64,000 bases of DNA from a virus. This document shows positions 53,899-63,676 of this stretch, in pieces. The stretch's first letter is position 1. The number at the start of each line of letters is the position of its first letter. The notes beneath the pieces were generated by a model, which saw only the letters and a list, made by a program, of their open reading frames with translations, did no database searches and was not told the DNA's origin. Made by a program: the position numbers and the translations under genes. Where the stretch lies: positions 1 through 64,000 of IMG/VR virus record IMGVR_UViG_3300036985_002657. One strand, given 5' to 3'.

Positions 53899-54306
53899 TC
53901 AGGTGCCGGGACCGGCAACGATCTTGTCAACGCCGGGACCACGATTGATCTCGACGATGCAGTGACTCGGTGCCTTCGCCAACTGCCGCTCCATCTGCGG
54001 AGTGCAGGACTTGCAGGCGTAGACGACCGACACGCGGAAGTAGGGCTTCGCCATGCCTTCGCTGTCCTTGATCTGGACGATATGGGGCATGAGCTCCTCC
54101 GGCCCCATCGCGGCGATCGCCTGCACCGCCGGGTTCTTCATCGCCTCTTTGATCTCCATCATCACGAGCGCCCGAGTCATCGGTCGCATCCCACAGCCGG
54201 AGCAGCGCGCGTTGATCGGGAAGGCGTACCTCGCGTGAACTTCCTCGGCAGTGCGACGCCCGCCAAACAGCTTCTGTCGGTGTATCGGAGTCACGGTGCT
54301 CATCAT
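53899..54306 (-). CDS. Hypothetical protein with two CxxC pairs (zinc-binding)
   Basis: CSGC...CKSC; coupled ORF. Confidence 0.65.
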   Translation of the reverse strand: MMSTVTPIHRQKLFGGRRTAEEVHARYAFPINARCSGCGMRPMTRALVMMEIKEAMKNPAVQAIAAMGPEELMPHIVQIKDSEGMAKPYFRVSVVYACKSCTPQMERQLAKAPSHCIVEINRGPGVDKIVAGPGT

Positions 54307-54752
54307 GCCCTCATCGTAGTTGGCTCAGCCGCGCCGTACAAGTCCACCATGCCGCGCCAGCCGTCTTCGTTGAACGGTGCGGCGCGGTCATCGATGAACA
54401 CGTCGGCTCCTGGCTTGCCGGAGTGTTCCCACACCAGCGCGAAAACGCCAGGCAGTTCCTTCTTCACGAAGGCGAGCATCTGGTCATAGCGTGCCTGGTT
54501 GATCTGCCGACTGCGCTCCGCAGTCGCCTTGTGCGCCTTGCGGACTCCTGCCGCTACCAACGGGTCGATCACACTGGCATCTCGCAGCCACGGGCTCGCT
54601 CGCCCGCTGAACAGGATCAGAACGTGGCCCGCCGCCTTCATGCGCAGCAGGGCCGACTTCGCGCCAGGCAGGAACCGCAGCGGCGTCGTCGTGTCGTCGT
54701 AGGGCTGAGCGTCGCTGACGATCGTGCCGTCGAAGTCGATGGCGATGATCAT
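54303..54752 (-). CDS. HAD-superfamily phosphatase (capless type)
   Basis: IAIDFDGT, ILFSGR, KP.AD.FIDDRA. Confidence 0.85.
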   Translation of the reverse strand: MIIAIDFDGTIVSDAQPYDDTTTPLRFLPGAKSALLRMKAAGHVLILFSGRASPWLRDASVIDPLVAAGVRKAHKATAERSRQINQARYDQMLAFVKKELPGVFALVWEHSGKPGADVFIDDRAAPFNEDGWRGMVDLYGAAEPTTMRA

Positions 54753-55180
54753 CGGCGCTTGCCCTTCCGCACCGTCAGCTTCGTGTCCACAGCGAGCGCG
54801 GCGATCACTCGATTCTCGTCACGACACCTGAACCGCTTGACCGCGCTCTGCTCCTCAACCGCTGCGTCAAGCCAGCCGCGTTGAACGAAGGTGCGCAGCG
54901 TCGGCCAGTCGGTCTTCCACCGCGCCAGCCAGAAGTCGGCAGTGCGCCAGCCCTCGAGCGGGTTCAGCGCGCCTTGCCTGACAGCGCGGTACTCGAGCTC
55001 GTCGGCAGCATCGTAGGCGGGCACACCGGCTCTGTAGGGGCTGTCGGGCGAACTCGGGTCCACGCGCTCGTCCTCGAGCACGCTACCGTCCTTGCGGCGC
55101 GGTAGCGTGGGCGCGGGGCGGCTCAGGCGTCCTGACGCCCACGCCACACGTCCGCCGAGGATGACGCGAGTCGCCATCAC
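54749..55180 (-). CDS. Hypothetical protein
   Basis: Coupled to the portal gene stop. Confidence 0.55.
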   Translation of the reverse strand: MMATRVILGGRVAWASGRLSRPAPTLPRRKDGSVLEDERVDPSSPDSPYRAGVPAYDAADELEYRAVRQGALNPLEGWRTADFWLARWKTDWPTLRTFVQRGWLDAAVEEQSAVKRFRCRDENRVIAALAVDTKLTVRKGKRR

Positions 55181-57108
55181 TCCTCCTCGGGCAGCGCCGG
55201 TTCTCCGGGCGCTGCGGGCTCCTTACCAGTCTCCGGCGTTGCGTCGGTAACAGGCTTGACCGTCGGCTTCTCCGACATCATTCGAGTGACGCTCTCCTCG
55301 CTGACTTGCGGGAAGGCGTTGAGGATCACTTCGGCTGCTGCCACTGCGGGCAGCGTGCCTGCGTAGACTTGCGACAGCACACCGATCAAGGCGTTGACCT
55401 GCGCGCCGTTCAGGGTGTCGGAGACTTCGCCAGGAACCGGCCACTCCTCCTCGGCGAAAGGCTCCTCGACAGGGATCTCCTCCTCGACAGGCTCCTCGTA
55501 TGCGGTGTCGTAGGCTGCCGCAGGATCGGCTGCCGCAGTCGCGGCCGCGAGCTTCTCGACGAGTGCCGCCGTGTCCTCGATGCCGAAATAGTGCGCGATG
55601 AAACGAACACCGTGCTCGAGATCGGTTAGGCCGTAGTTCATGGCCTTGCCTGCGGCGTCCACAGCACTCGTGATCTCGGTCAGCGTAGGCTCAGCCCAAT
55701 CCGGCCAGTCGAGCTCGAGCATCTGGCCCTTGCCGATCTGATGCTCGGTGCCCTCCTTCGTACGCGGCAGTCGAATGACAGAGCGCGTGATGCGCGGCAG
55801 ATCGCCGCCACGATCCACGACAGGCGTGCTGAGCTTGCGCGCTGCGCGGAGCAGCATCTCGAGCAGTCGCTTGACTCCGCGCTCGCCGTACTGCTCTCGC
55901 AGAATGTCGGCCTGCTCGATCATGTTCGAGTAGTTCTGCGTCACCTCGGCTTCGGTGCGCGCGGGTCCGCTGAAGTTATCATCGAGGACGCAGCGCGTGA
56001 TTCGGAGCACACGCTTCTCGAGCTCTGCGGCGAACTCGAGTGCTGCCTTCGGACCCGCGCCACTGATCTCCAAGTACGACACGCTGCCACCGCTGCTCGT
56101 CTTGATCGCGTTGTCGCTGCCCTTGCGCAGCCCGTCGGGAATGTCGTCGTCGGTCGAGATATGCAACGTCGGATCGCAGTTCGACAGGATGCCGCGATTC
56201 GCCTGCGAGAGCAGCGAGTCGATCGTCTCGATATTGTCGTACACGCCATGGCAGTCGGGGTCGCCATCGATGTCGTCCTGCACTTCGTTGTTCTGCACCC
56301 ACACCACAGGGCAGAAGCCGAAGTCGTGAGTCGTGACGATCGACTTGTGCTGCGTCCAGCGCGGCTCCTCGCCTGCGTTGACAGGGACACGCGGCCAGAG
56401 CGTGTCGTCAGTCTCCGTGATGATCCGGCGATACCAGAACCAGCCTTCGACCATCAGCCCCGTCTCAGCGTCGCGGGTCATGTCGGGATACTGATACCGC
56501 TTCTCGATCTTCTCGAGCACGAGCTCCTCACGGTCGGCGAAGTGCGGGAAGCACCAGCGCGGATCGTGAACTTCGATCTTCGGCTTGCCGTCGCGGAACA
56601 CGAAGCCGACGGCGACAGTGCCCATCGCGCCGCCGTAGCTGCGGGCGAGCACCATTCGGGACCACAGCCGCGTGCTCTCGATCACAGCGGTCAACCAGGC
56701 GTCGGTGTCGGGGTCGTCTACGACAACGAGCTTCGGGTGATGCTGCGAGCCGAACAGCAGGCCGGTGAACCGATTGACGATCACCTTGGCAAGATAGTAC
56801 GGCGCAGTCGGCTTTCGGAACTTGAGCGGCAGAGTCGAGTTCCCTGCGTCGTAGAACCCGCCGGGAATGAACCCCGCCGTGGCGATGGCTTCGTTCTCGA
56901 TATGCCCCGTCGCCTGACGCCCGTCCCAGTCGGTCTGCCGCTGGTGATAGTTCATGCAGCGATAGAACGCCCACAGGTGCCCGAGCAACTGCTGCCGCTC
57001 AGTGAGCGCGTCAGTCGGCCCACCGCCCTCCTGCACGAGTCCAGGCGCGGAGGGGCCGCGAAGCATCTGACCGACCTGACCGACGTTGGCGCGCGTTCCA
57101 GAGCTCAT
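55177..57108 (-). CDS. Portal protein (SPP1 gp6-like) with acidic C-terminal extension
   Basis: Y....IV.RFT..LFG, H.FGF.PVV...N.....DG.D...I..ID.L.S, L.WP motifs; downstream of the terminase. Confidence 0.8.
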   Translation of the reverse strand: MSSGTRANVGQVGQMLRGPSAPGLVQEGGGPTDALTERQQLLGHLWAFYRCMNYHQRQTDWDGRQATGHIENEAIATAGFIPGGFYDAGNSTLPLKFRKPTAPYYLAKVIVNRFTGLLFGSQHHPKLVVVDDPDTDAWLTAVIESTRLWSRMVLARSYGGAMGTVAVGFVFRDGKPKIEVHDPRWCFPHFADREELVLEKIEKRYQYPDMTRDAETGLMVEGWFWYRRIITETDDTLWPRVPVNAGEEPRWTQHKSIVTTHDFGFCPVVWVQNNEVQDDIDGDPDCHGVYDNIETIDSLLSQANRGILSNCDPTLHISTDDDIPDGLRKGSDNAIKTSSGGSVSYLEISGAGPKAALEFAAELEKRVLRITRCVLDDNFSGPARTEAEVTQNYSNMIEQADILREQYGERGVKRLLEMLLRAARKLSTPVVDRGGDLPRITRSVIRLPRTKEGTEHQIGKGQMLELDWPDWAEPTLTEITSAVDAAGKAMNYGLTDLEHGVRFIAHYFGIEDTAALVEKLAAATAAADPAAAYDTAYEEPVEEEIPVEEPFAEEEWPVPGEVSDTLNGAQVNALIGVLSQVYAGTLPAVAAAEVILNAFPQVSEESVTRMMSEKPTVKPVTDATPETGKEPAAPGEPALPEEE

Positions 57109-57148
57109 GCGTCTCCTCTATCACGAGCCATCGCTGAACGCGAGTCGA

Positions 57149-57748
57149 TCAGAACTGCGGAGCGAACTCCACGTCGATCATAAACCCAGCGCCGCCGGTC
57201 GGCGCAGTGATCCCCTGCGCGTACAGATAGTCGCCAGCCTGAAGCGTGCGCAGCGCGAGAGTCGCGGGAACACCCGTCGCCGTGCTGAACGCACCGCCGC
57301 CCTGAACGAGCGTGATCGTGAGAAGCTGCGTCATCGCGCCTGCGCGTCTGCGCCAGACTTCGACGACAGCGGACCCGGTGCCGTCGGCCATCTGGTGCAA
57401 GTCGATCGCAGTGATGACTCGAGCAGCCGCGATGTTCGAGTTGCCCCAGAGAGCCATCGCCGCCGTCGACACGACGCCTGCGGACCCGAGCGTTGTGGGG
57501 AACGGGCCGCGCGGATTGAAGTGCACGGCGTCGGGCGCTTGATCGGTCATCCCGAGATACGCGGTGTCGAACGGCCCTGCGGCAGACGCGGACTCCTCGA
57601 CCATCAGCGCGCCGTTGCTGCCGAGCAGCGCGAGAGCGCGAGCGGCAGTGATGTTCAGACAGATCGCTTGGCGTCCGCGCAAAACACCCATGAACGGATA
57701 CGGCAGCGCGACAGGCTCGATCGACGGATTGCGAATGATGGCGGGCAT
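57149..57748 (-). CDS. Putative virion protein
   Basis: Beta-rich C-terminus (L.AGD.L). Confidence 0.55.
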   Translation of the reverse strand: MPAIIRNPSIEPVALPYPFMGVLRGRQAICLNITAARALALLGSNGALMVEESASAAGPFDTAYLGMTDQAPDAVHFNPRGPFPTTLGSAGVVSTAAMALWGNSNIAAARVITAIDLHQMADGTGSAVVEVWRRRAGAMTQLLTITLVQGGGAFSTATGVPATLALRTLQAGDYLYAQGITAPTGGAGFMIDVEFAPQF

Positions 57749-57750
57749 GA

Positions 57751-58083
57751 TCAGGCCAGATCCCCTGGCGTGACGCCAGCCATCGCGTTGAACACGCCTT
57801 TGATCTTACTCGTCACCACAGCGTCGTCGGCGACTGCCGCCATGTTCACGTCACTGAAGTCGAGCGCGACGTTGCGCACGAGACAGCCGACGAACGCGCT
57901 GCTGCGGTCACTGACCCACGACAGCGCGAGATTGCTGCGCTTCGCCGTGACGTTCGGGTGCACGGCGTCGAGAGGCTCATCGCAGACCTTCAGCGCGACA
58001 CGGATGCCGAGCAGCGTGACTCGCCGGATGAACGCCGCGTCGTTGAACAGGGCTTCTGCTTGATCGAGAGTGATGAGCGCCAT
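57751..58083 (-). CDS. Hypothetical protein
   Basis: AAGGA RBS; helical. Confidence 0.6.
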   Translation of the reverse strand: MALITLDQAEALFNDAAFIRRVTLLGIRVALKVCDEPLDAVHPNVTAKRSNLALSWVSDRSSAFVGCLVRNVALDFSDVNMAAVADDAVVTSKIKGVFNAMAGVTPGDLA

Positions 58084-58108
58084 AGTCGTCCGTCCTTGTC
58101 AGTCGCAC

Positions 58109-60073
58109 TCAGGCGACGAGAATCCGTGCGTTGAGTCCGAGCGCGCGTTCGATCGACTGCATCTCGCCAGCGGAGAGAGCGCGGTTGTAGATGAGGACGC
58201 GATTGAGCGAGCCGGGCCAGAAAAGCGCGGGTCCATTTCGAGCGAACAGGTCAAGCGGGTAGCTGCCGAACACGCCTGTATTGTTCGCCATGATCACCGG
58301 AGTCCCCGCTACGGTGGAACCGTTGCGCCTAAACGTCACCTCTGGACTGGGCGCAGAGAAGTCGTTTTGCTGCGTGTAAACGATGCCAGCCGCCAGCGTC
58401 TCTGTAATGGAATACTGGTTATAGCCGACGTTACCGCCCGCTGTCCCGGTGATAACGGCGGCGCTGCCGTTGACAGACGCCTCAAAGATTCCGTTGGCCG
58501 AGGGGATAGCGGAAGACGCGCCGAGAGACATAACCGCGCCAACCGCAGCGCCTGCAAACGCATCCTTGATGACCATGACCACCGTGATCGCCTGCGCGCC
58601 AGCCAACTGCGAGATCGACGCCGTGCTCGTCAGCACGTCACCGACGCCGTTGCCCGTGTACGTCGGCTGCCCGTTGATCGCGGCGTCGCGCGTGATCGTG
58701 CCGTTGAAGATGTAGCCGTTCTTTCGGTCGAGGATGCTCGTCAGCGCACCCGCAGAGTCGAGCGCGGGGTTGATGTCGATGACCAGGCCGCTGATGCTGG
58801 CGGGGTCGAAGGGAGCTGTGACGGGGAGGGCGTATGGCTCACCGATGCGGGCGTTGGCGTAGTACAGCGGGCCGAGGGCGTATCGCCCGCAGTACAGAGC
58901 AGCCTGCGTCTGCGTGACTGCGATCCCCTGCGGTCCCGTGCCGTTGCCAGCGGCAGCGCCAGTGACAGTCATATGCGCGGCGGGTCGGTCGCTCTCAGCG
59001 GTCATCACTATGTTGCGGCCGAACGTGAGCCCGTTGGAACTGAACTGCCCGACGTTCGCTACCTGCTCCGTGATCACGGCAATGCCGGGGCGACTGTCTT
59101 GCCCATTGTAGGTCGCGTTCCCGATCGTGTAGTACGCGCTCGCAGAACTCGCCTCACCAGTGCCATAGATCGGTGAGAAGCGAAACGACGTGCGGCCCGA
59201 CAGCATCGCAGTCGGCGTGACCGGCCACGTCATATCGTCGCCTGCGCGGAGCACTGCGAGGTTCGTCGTGCGGACGTAAGAACTCGGCGCGTTGAACGCG
59301 GAACCGCCGATCAGATTGCTCTTGACATCGAAGCCCCAGACTTCGACCGATTGCGCGGTGCCCGCTGCGTCGTTCTGAACCCCGATCGCCGGGACCGTCG
59401 CGCCCGTGCCCCAGTTACGCAGATCCTCGATGCGAGTCCACGTCGTCCCAACCGCCTTGTCCACGGTGATCGGAGCGGTCGCGTCGCGGAGCAGAAACGA
59501 TATCCTGACGTTTCCCGGTCCCGCTGGGCGGCGCACCCAGACGGTTGTGACGTAGAACGCGGCGTCGGCGGTGCCCGCGATGGTGCGAGTTACCTTGTCG
59601 GTGGCGACCGACGTGAACGTGACGGTCTTGCAATCGACCTGTCCATCGGGCGCAGTCGTGACACCGGCCCCGACCGTCGCGCCGGTCTTCGTCCAACTCG
59701 CGTCGTCGAGCGCCTCCGAGTACAGGCACAGGTTCGTCTGCGGTGCCTCAAACAAATACAAACCCGACACCCCATCGCGCTTGTCCTCGCGGATCGTGTC
59801 GTTGCCAGCCCACGAGAGGAACCCACCCGCCGTGTTCGGCGGCGCGGTGTAGTAGCTGGCTTCGGTGGCGCGCGTGAAGGTGCCACCGCCGCCGGGCTTG
59901 AACGACACGAGCGGGCGCAGCCCACCGGCACCTGACGATCCGCCGTCAAAGAAGTTTCGCTCGAGTACGTCGAGAAAGCTCTGCTGGTACAGACTCGACC
60001 CGTGGCACAGGCCGCGATTGCGGCGTGCGTGACGCCGCACCGTCTCGAGCTCGTCAGCGGCGTATCGGATCAT
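58109..60073 (-). CDS. Fibre/spike protein with carbohydrate-binding and LamG/ConA-like domains
   Basis: TFTRA..A.Y...GL..E...TNL..YSE....W, APDG, SSY..T....RA.D, FDP.SISGL, G.L..V.IYNRALS..E. Confidence 0.75.
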   Translation of the reverse strand: MIRYAADELETVRRHARRNRGLCHGSSLYQQSFLDVLERNFFDGGSSGAGGLRPLVSFKPGGGGTFTRATEASYYTAPPNTAGGFLSWAGNDTIREDKRDGVSGLYLFEAPQTNLCLYSEALDDASWTKTGATVGAGVTTAPDGQVDCKTVTFTSVATDKVTRTIAGTADAAFYVTTVWVRRPAGPGNVRISFLLRDATAPITVDKAVGTTWTRIEDLRNWGTGATVPAIGVQNDAAGTAQSVEVWGFDVKSNLIGGSAFNAPSSYVRTTNLAVLRAGDDMTWPVTPTAMLSGRTSFRFSPIYGTGEASSASAYYTIGNATYNGQDSRPGIAVITEQVANVGQFSSNGLTFGRNIVMTAESDRPAAHMTVTGAAAGNGTGPQGIAVTQTQAALYCGRYALGPLYYANARIGEPYALPVTAPFDPASISGLVIDINPALDSAGALTSILDRKNGYIFNGTITRDAAINGQPTYTGNGVGDVLTSTASISQLAGAQAITVVMVIKDAFAGAAVGAVMSLGASSAIPSANGIFEASVNGSAAVITGTAGGNVGYNQYSITETLAAGIVYTQQNDFSAPSPEVTFRRNGSTVAGTPVIMANNTGVFGSYPLDLFARNGPALFWPGSLNRVLIYNRALSAGEMQSIERALGLNARILVA

Positions 60074-60076
60074 GGC

Positions 60077-60355
60077 TCACGCCTCGGCGACGATGCGGAC
60101 GACAGGTGTGCCCGCGCCGCGTCGGACCCAGACCTTCTTGACGGTCTGCGCGAACTTCATCGCGCTCACCTGTCCAGGGGTCAATCGCCCGTGCACGTCC
60201 ACGCCGTCGAAGCTGACCTCGACGTAGTTCGCAGTCGTCGCGTCCTCGTTGATCACGATGATGCTGCGCGGCTCGAATGGCACAGTGAAGTCCGGCGCAC
60301 TGACGGCAGCGAACGCGGCGGGCGCAGTCACGGAAGTCGAATAGATGCTCGGCAT
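60077..60355 (-). CDS. Small putative virion protein
   Basis: I.V.N......V.VSFDG....G.L.PG jelly-roll-like pattern. Confidence 0.6.
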   Translation of the reverse strand: MPSIYSTSVTAPAAFAAVSAPDFTVPFEPRSIIVINEDATTANYVEVSFDGVDVHGRLTPGQVSAMKFAQTVKKVWVRRGAGTPVVRIVAEA

Positions 60356-60399
60356 GGCGCGAGTCTATCGCGCCGCGCAGCAGAGCGCCAGAGGGCGCG

Positions 60400-61926
60400 T
60401 CAGCGTGTGTGCGTGTCGATGCGGAACGTGCTCGCGCGTTTCTTCTCGGGCTGGCGACTGCCCTCTCGAGCGAACCACAGCGACATCAAGTGATCGCTCG
60501 TGTGCTGGTTCGGATCATAGTAGACCATGCCGGTGACGAGCGCGCCGATCTCTGCGTTGGCTGGCTTGCCGTTGATCGACGGTATGATCCACTTACCGTT
60601 CGCCATCTCGGTCGCCAGCGACTCGACACCGAACTCGGGGCTCATCTTGTTCTTGCCCGTGAAGAACGCGCGCACCGGCACAGCACTCTCGCTCTTAGTG
60701 AAGTCGACGATGAACTGTTGCGCCGCGTTGTTCTCCACGATCACGATGCTGCCGAATCGCCGATGCGTGTCGATGATGCGGTCAACGATGTCGCGCGCTG
60801 CCCACCGACCAGACTCGACGCAGAGGATCTCGCGGTCCTCATTCGGGTGCACGATGATCGTACTGAGCACCGTCAAGTCTGCGCCATGCTTGGCGCGGAC
60901 GCCGAGATCGACTCCGGTGTAGACGCGAAAGCCGTTCGGGATCTGCGACAGCGCATAGCTCGGGACGTGTCCATCGCCGCGCCGCAAACACGCCTCGATC
61001 CACTCACGCTTGAACCGCGACTGCGATTCGTCACGGGGGATGCAGAGCAGGAGCCGGGCGAACTCGTGCGGGTGTAGCTCGCCGCGCTTTCGCTCGATGC
61101 GGTCCTCGGGCCAGCGGTCAGGCCAGGTGCTCCGGTGGGTGGTGGGATCGAGCACCGGGAACTTGCGCCAGGTGTAGGTGCCGCTGCCTGCGAGCTCGTG
61201 CATCAGGTCTTCGGGATGGTAGGCGTTGCCGAGCAGGCGCACTCTGCCTTCGGGCGTCATGCGGGACATGGGGACGCCGAAGTACCAGTCCTTCGCGTCC
61301 TGGCGGCGGACGGGCGAGCTGGTGTTGTTCTGGTTGAGCAGATCGTCGCCGATGAAGCGATCGGTGCGCGCGCCCATCAGCGAGGCGATGCCGACGCTGG
61401 TCGCCTGCACGCTGGGGTCTTTCGGCATCCCCTTACGGCCTGGGATGTCTACGGCGATCATCGTCGCGGCCCACACCGGCCCCGGCTTGAGGTCGGGGAA
61501 GACATCGTGGATCGGTCCCGGCTGTTGGATGTAGCGGCGGAGGGCGGAGACGATACGCGAGGCGTACCGCGAGGTCGCCGACGCGATCACGAAGCGGAGG
61601 CGCGGGTTGCGCCCGAGCTCCCATAGCGTGTGACCGATCGAGAGTTGGACCGTCTTGCCGCTCTCGACGTGGCCCCAGATGATCAGCCGATCGTGCTGGC
61701 AGGCGAGATTCTGGAACTGCTCGTGCATCGCCGACTGGACGATTGGGATGCCGCGCTCCTCGTCGCGAAGCACGAGCTCGCAGAACTCGTTAGGGTCTTC
61801 GCGCGCCAGGCGGACGCGCTGCCAGTAGAGCGCCTCACGGATGGCGGTCGCCTCCTTCGGGTTCTTGCGAATCCAGTGGGCGAGTTCCGCCTTGGGCATC
61901 TGGCGGAGGATATTGAGCTCGATCAC
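60400..61926 (-). CDS. terL: Terminase large subunit
   Basis: ESGKT Walker A, GAR.D..I.DD Walker B, GN.YH.EDL, GVDLG nuclease motif, VENNAAQ, D..MS.WFA. Confidence 0.9.
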   Translation of the reverse strand: MIELNILRQMPKAELAHWIRKNPKEATAIREALYWQRVRLAREDPNEFCELVLRDEERGIPIVQSAMHEQFQNLACQHDRLIIWGHVESGKTVQLSIGHTLWELGRNPRLRFVIASATSRYASRIVSALRRYIQQPGPIHDVFPDLKPGPVWAATMIAVDIPGRKGMPKDPSVQATSVGIASLMGARTDRFIGDDLLNQNNTSSPVRRQDAKDWYFGVPMSRMTPEGRVRLLGNAYHPEDLMHELAGSGTYTWRKFPVLDPTTHRSTWPDRWPEDRIERKRGELHPHEFARLLLCIPRDESQSRFKREWIEACLRRGDGHVPSYALSQIPNGFRVYTGVDLGVRAKHGADLTVLSTIIVHPNEDREILCVESGRWAARDIVDRIIDTHRRFGSIVIVENNAAQQFIVDFTKSESAVPVRAFFTGKNKMSPEFGVESLATEMANGKWIIPSINGKPANAEIGALVTGMVYYDPNQHTSDHLMSLWFAREGSRQPEKKRASTFRIDTHTR

Positions 61927-62747
61927 TTCGTCGCCTTCCGCTTCTTGCGGCGCTTGCCGGTGTGTAGCTCGATCACTGTAGCTCCGTCGTCGGTGCCGTC
62001 CTCGAACGCCTCGTCAGGGATGTTGATCTCGATGGTGCCGTCGGCGCGGGTGTAGCTCACCGTCTGCCCCGCCGTCTGCACCACGGCCCGGCGCAGCGTG
62101 CGCTCGATGCCGAGGAGCTCCTCGACAGCCTCCTCCGCAGTCACCTCCTCGAGCTGAGACTGGATGCCGATGATGTCGGTCGGCTCGCCAAGTCGGATGC
62201 GTTCGATCTCGAGTGCAGTGCGGATACTGTCGTTCGTCGATCGGACGATGAAGGCGGTGTCACCGATCGCCTTGATCGTCTCCTTGGCGGTGAGGTTGGA
62301 CTTCTCGATCAGCTCGGGCAGTTTCTTGAGCAGCGGCAGCAGAGTGCGGATCAACGACTGCGCAACGCCGCCCATGGCGATCGCGCTCGTGCGGGCGACG
62401 GCGGCGGCCTGTGCCTCCTCACCGGCGCTCTTGACGGCGTCCTGTCGAGCGCGGCTGCGTTCGAGAGCAACCGCCGCTTTCTCTTGTTCTTGCAGGCGTT
62501 GGCGCTCTGCGCGGGCGCTCAGCATCTCGTTCTTGATCACATCGCGAATGGGGACTGCCCATTCGTGGTTCTTCAGATCGAGCCATCCTTTGCCCCACCC
62601 ACGCGCTGCCGTGCGTCTATCGCACCCTGCGGCTCGTGCTGCAAAAGAGGCGTTCCCAGGCTGTTCTCGATACCCATCTACCAGCAGGTCGTACATCTCC
62701 TTCGTGACGGGCCTTCGCCCACGCCGGGTTGAGTTCACATCACTCAT
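61923..62747 (-). CDS. Putative terminase small subunit (N-terminal HTH plus coiled coil)
   Basis: AARAAGCDRRTA HTH, ER.RLGEPT motif; overlaps the terL start. Confidence 0.55.
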   Translation of the reverse strand: MSDVNSTRRGRRPVTKEMYDLLVDGYREQPGNASFAARAAGCDRRTAARGWGKGWLDLKNHEWAVPIRDVIKNEMLSARAERQRLQEQEKAAVALERSRARQDAVKSAGEEAQAAAVARTSAIAMGGVAQSLIRTLLPLLKKLPELIEKSNLTAKETIKAIGDTAFIVRSTNDSIRTALEIERIRLGEPTDIIGIQSQLEEVTAEEAVEELLGIERTLRRAVVQTAGQTVSYTRADGTIEINIPDEAFEDGTDDGATVIELHTGKRRKKRKATK

Positions 62748-62955
62748 CGTGGACCTCGATGGTGATGTCCTCTGCGGCGTCTGCCTGCTGGGTGATGGGC
62801 ACAGGGTGTAGCTTCTCGGCCATCGCTTGTCGGATCAAAACGGCTGTGGGCAGATTCACTTGCTTGGCGTAGCGAGTGAAGTCTGCCCACAGTCGATCGT
62901 TGTATCGGATGGGACGCGGCGTTGACGGGCCGCGGGTGTAGCGATCGGGCATCAC
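62740..62955 (-). CDS. Ribbon-helix-helix DNA-binding protein
   Basis: PRPIRYNDRLW..F..YA......TAVLIRQAM.E.L beta-alpha-alpha pattern. Confidence 0.7.
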   Translation of the reverse strand: MMPDRYTRGPSTPRPIRYNDRLWADFTRYAKQVNLPTAVLIRQAMAEKLHPVPITQQADAAEDITIEVHDE

Positions 62956-62959
62956 GGGA

Positions 62960-63008
62960 GACGGAAGCTACACCTGCGCGGTGTAGCTCGCAAGGTGTAG
63001 CTTCCGTC
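62960..63008 (-). promoter_or_regulatory. sigma70-like promoter inside a 16-bp inverted repeat with three AGCTACACC boxes
   Basis: On the - strand, TTGCGA (62993-62988), 17-nt spacer, TAGCTT (62970-62965); perfect inverted repeat 62960-62975/62993-63008. Confidence 0.65.
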
Positions 63009-63022
63009 GGGCGACTCGTGCG

Positions 63023-63676
63023 CTACGGGCGGCGGTAGAAATCGTTGGCGGTGTTGCCACAGGAGACGGGGATCAGGCCCAACCGGACTGCGCGATGGTG
63101 GTCCATGTCGCCGCCCCAGTCCTCAACCTCGCCTGCGCACGGGCTCCACCCGCGCACGTCCTCGAGCGTGCGCTGAACGACCTCGCGCGCCTTGGCGAGC
63201 ACTGCGAGCCATCGTGCGCGGAAGCTGCTCCACGGTGTCGCCGGGACCATCCTCACCACGCCGCCGCGCGGCCCGCTGAGCCTTGGCGCAGTCGGCCAGT
63301 GCGCGGGCGCGCTGCCGTCTTCAGCAAGCTCCGCAACCCACTGGCGCGGCGAAGTCGGCGCATACGCGCGCTTGCCGAGTGTCGCTCCGGCGTAGGCGCG
63401 AGCGAAGCCGACATAGCTCATGCGCTGCCGTGCGGCCCCACGCAGGATGACTTCGTGGATTGCATAGCCGTCGCCGCGATCGAAGCACTGCCAGTCTGCT
63501 TCACTGACGCAGATCCGCGCGAGCGCGACTGCTGGCGAGATCGGGCGGGTCTGCGCGTCTGCCGTCGAACAGGCAGCGAGGATCAACGCGGCGATCACTG
63601 CGAGTAGCAGAAGATCGCTGGCGTCGAGATTGTCTTTCGGGTGTAGCTTGTCCATCGGATTCCTTAGCCTCATCAC
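63023..63676 (-). CDS. Lipoprotein with SleB/Hydrolase_2-like cell-wall hydrolase features
   Basis: LAAC lipobox; LARICVSEA...AI..VI and C-terminal G....FY resemble SleB motifs. Confidence 0.45.
   Translation of the reverse strand: MMRLRNPMDKLHPKDNLDASDLLLLAVIAALILAACSTADAQTRPISPAVALARICVSEADWQCFDRGDGYAIHEVILRGAARQRMSYVGFARAYAGATLGKRAYAPTSPRQWVAELAEDGSAPAHWPTAPRLSGPRGGVVRMVPATPWSSFRARWLAVLAKAREVVQRTLEDVRGWSPCAGEVEDWGGDMDHHRAVRLGLIPVSCGNTANDFYRRP

Noticed and set aside
114-61926. Inteins or self-splicing introns in helicase, polA, recA or terL
   Set aside because: The ORFs are continuous and of ordinary length, with no intein splice motifs seen
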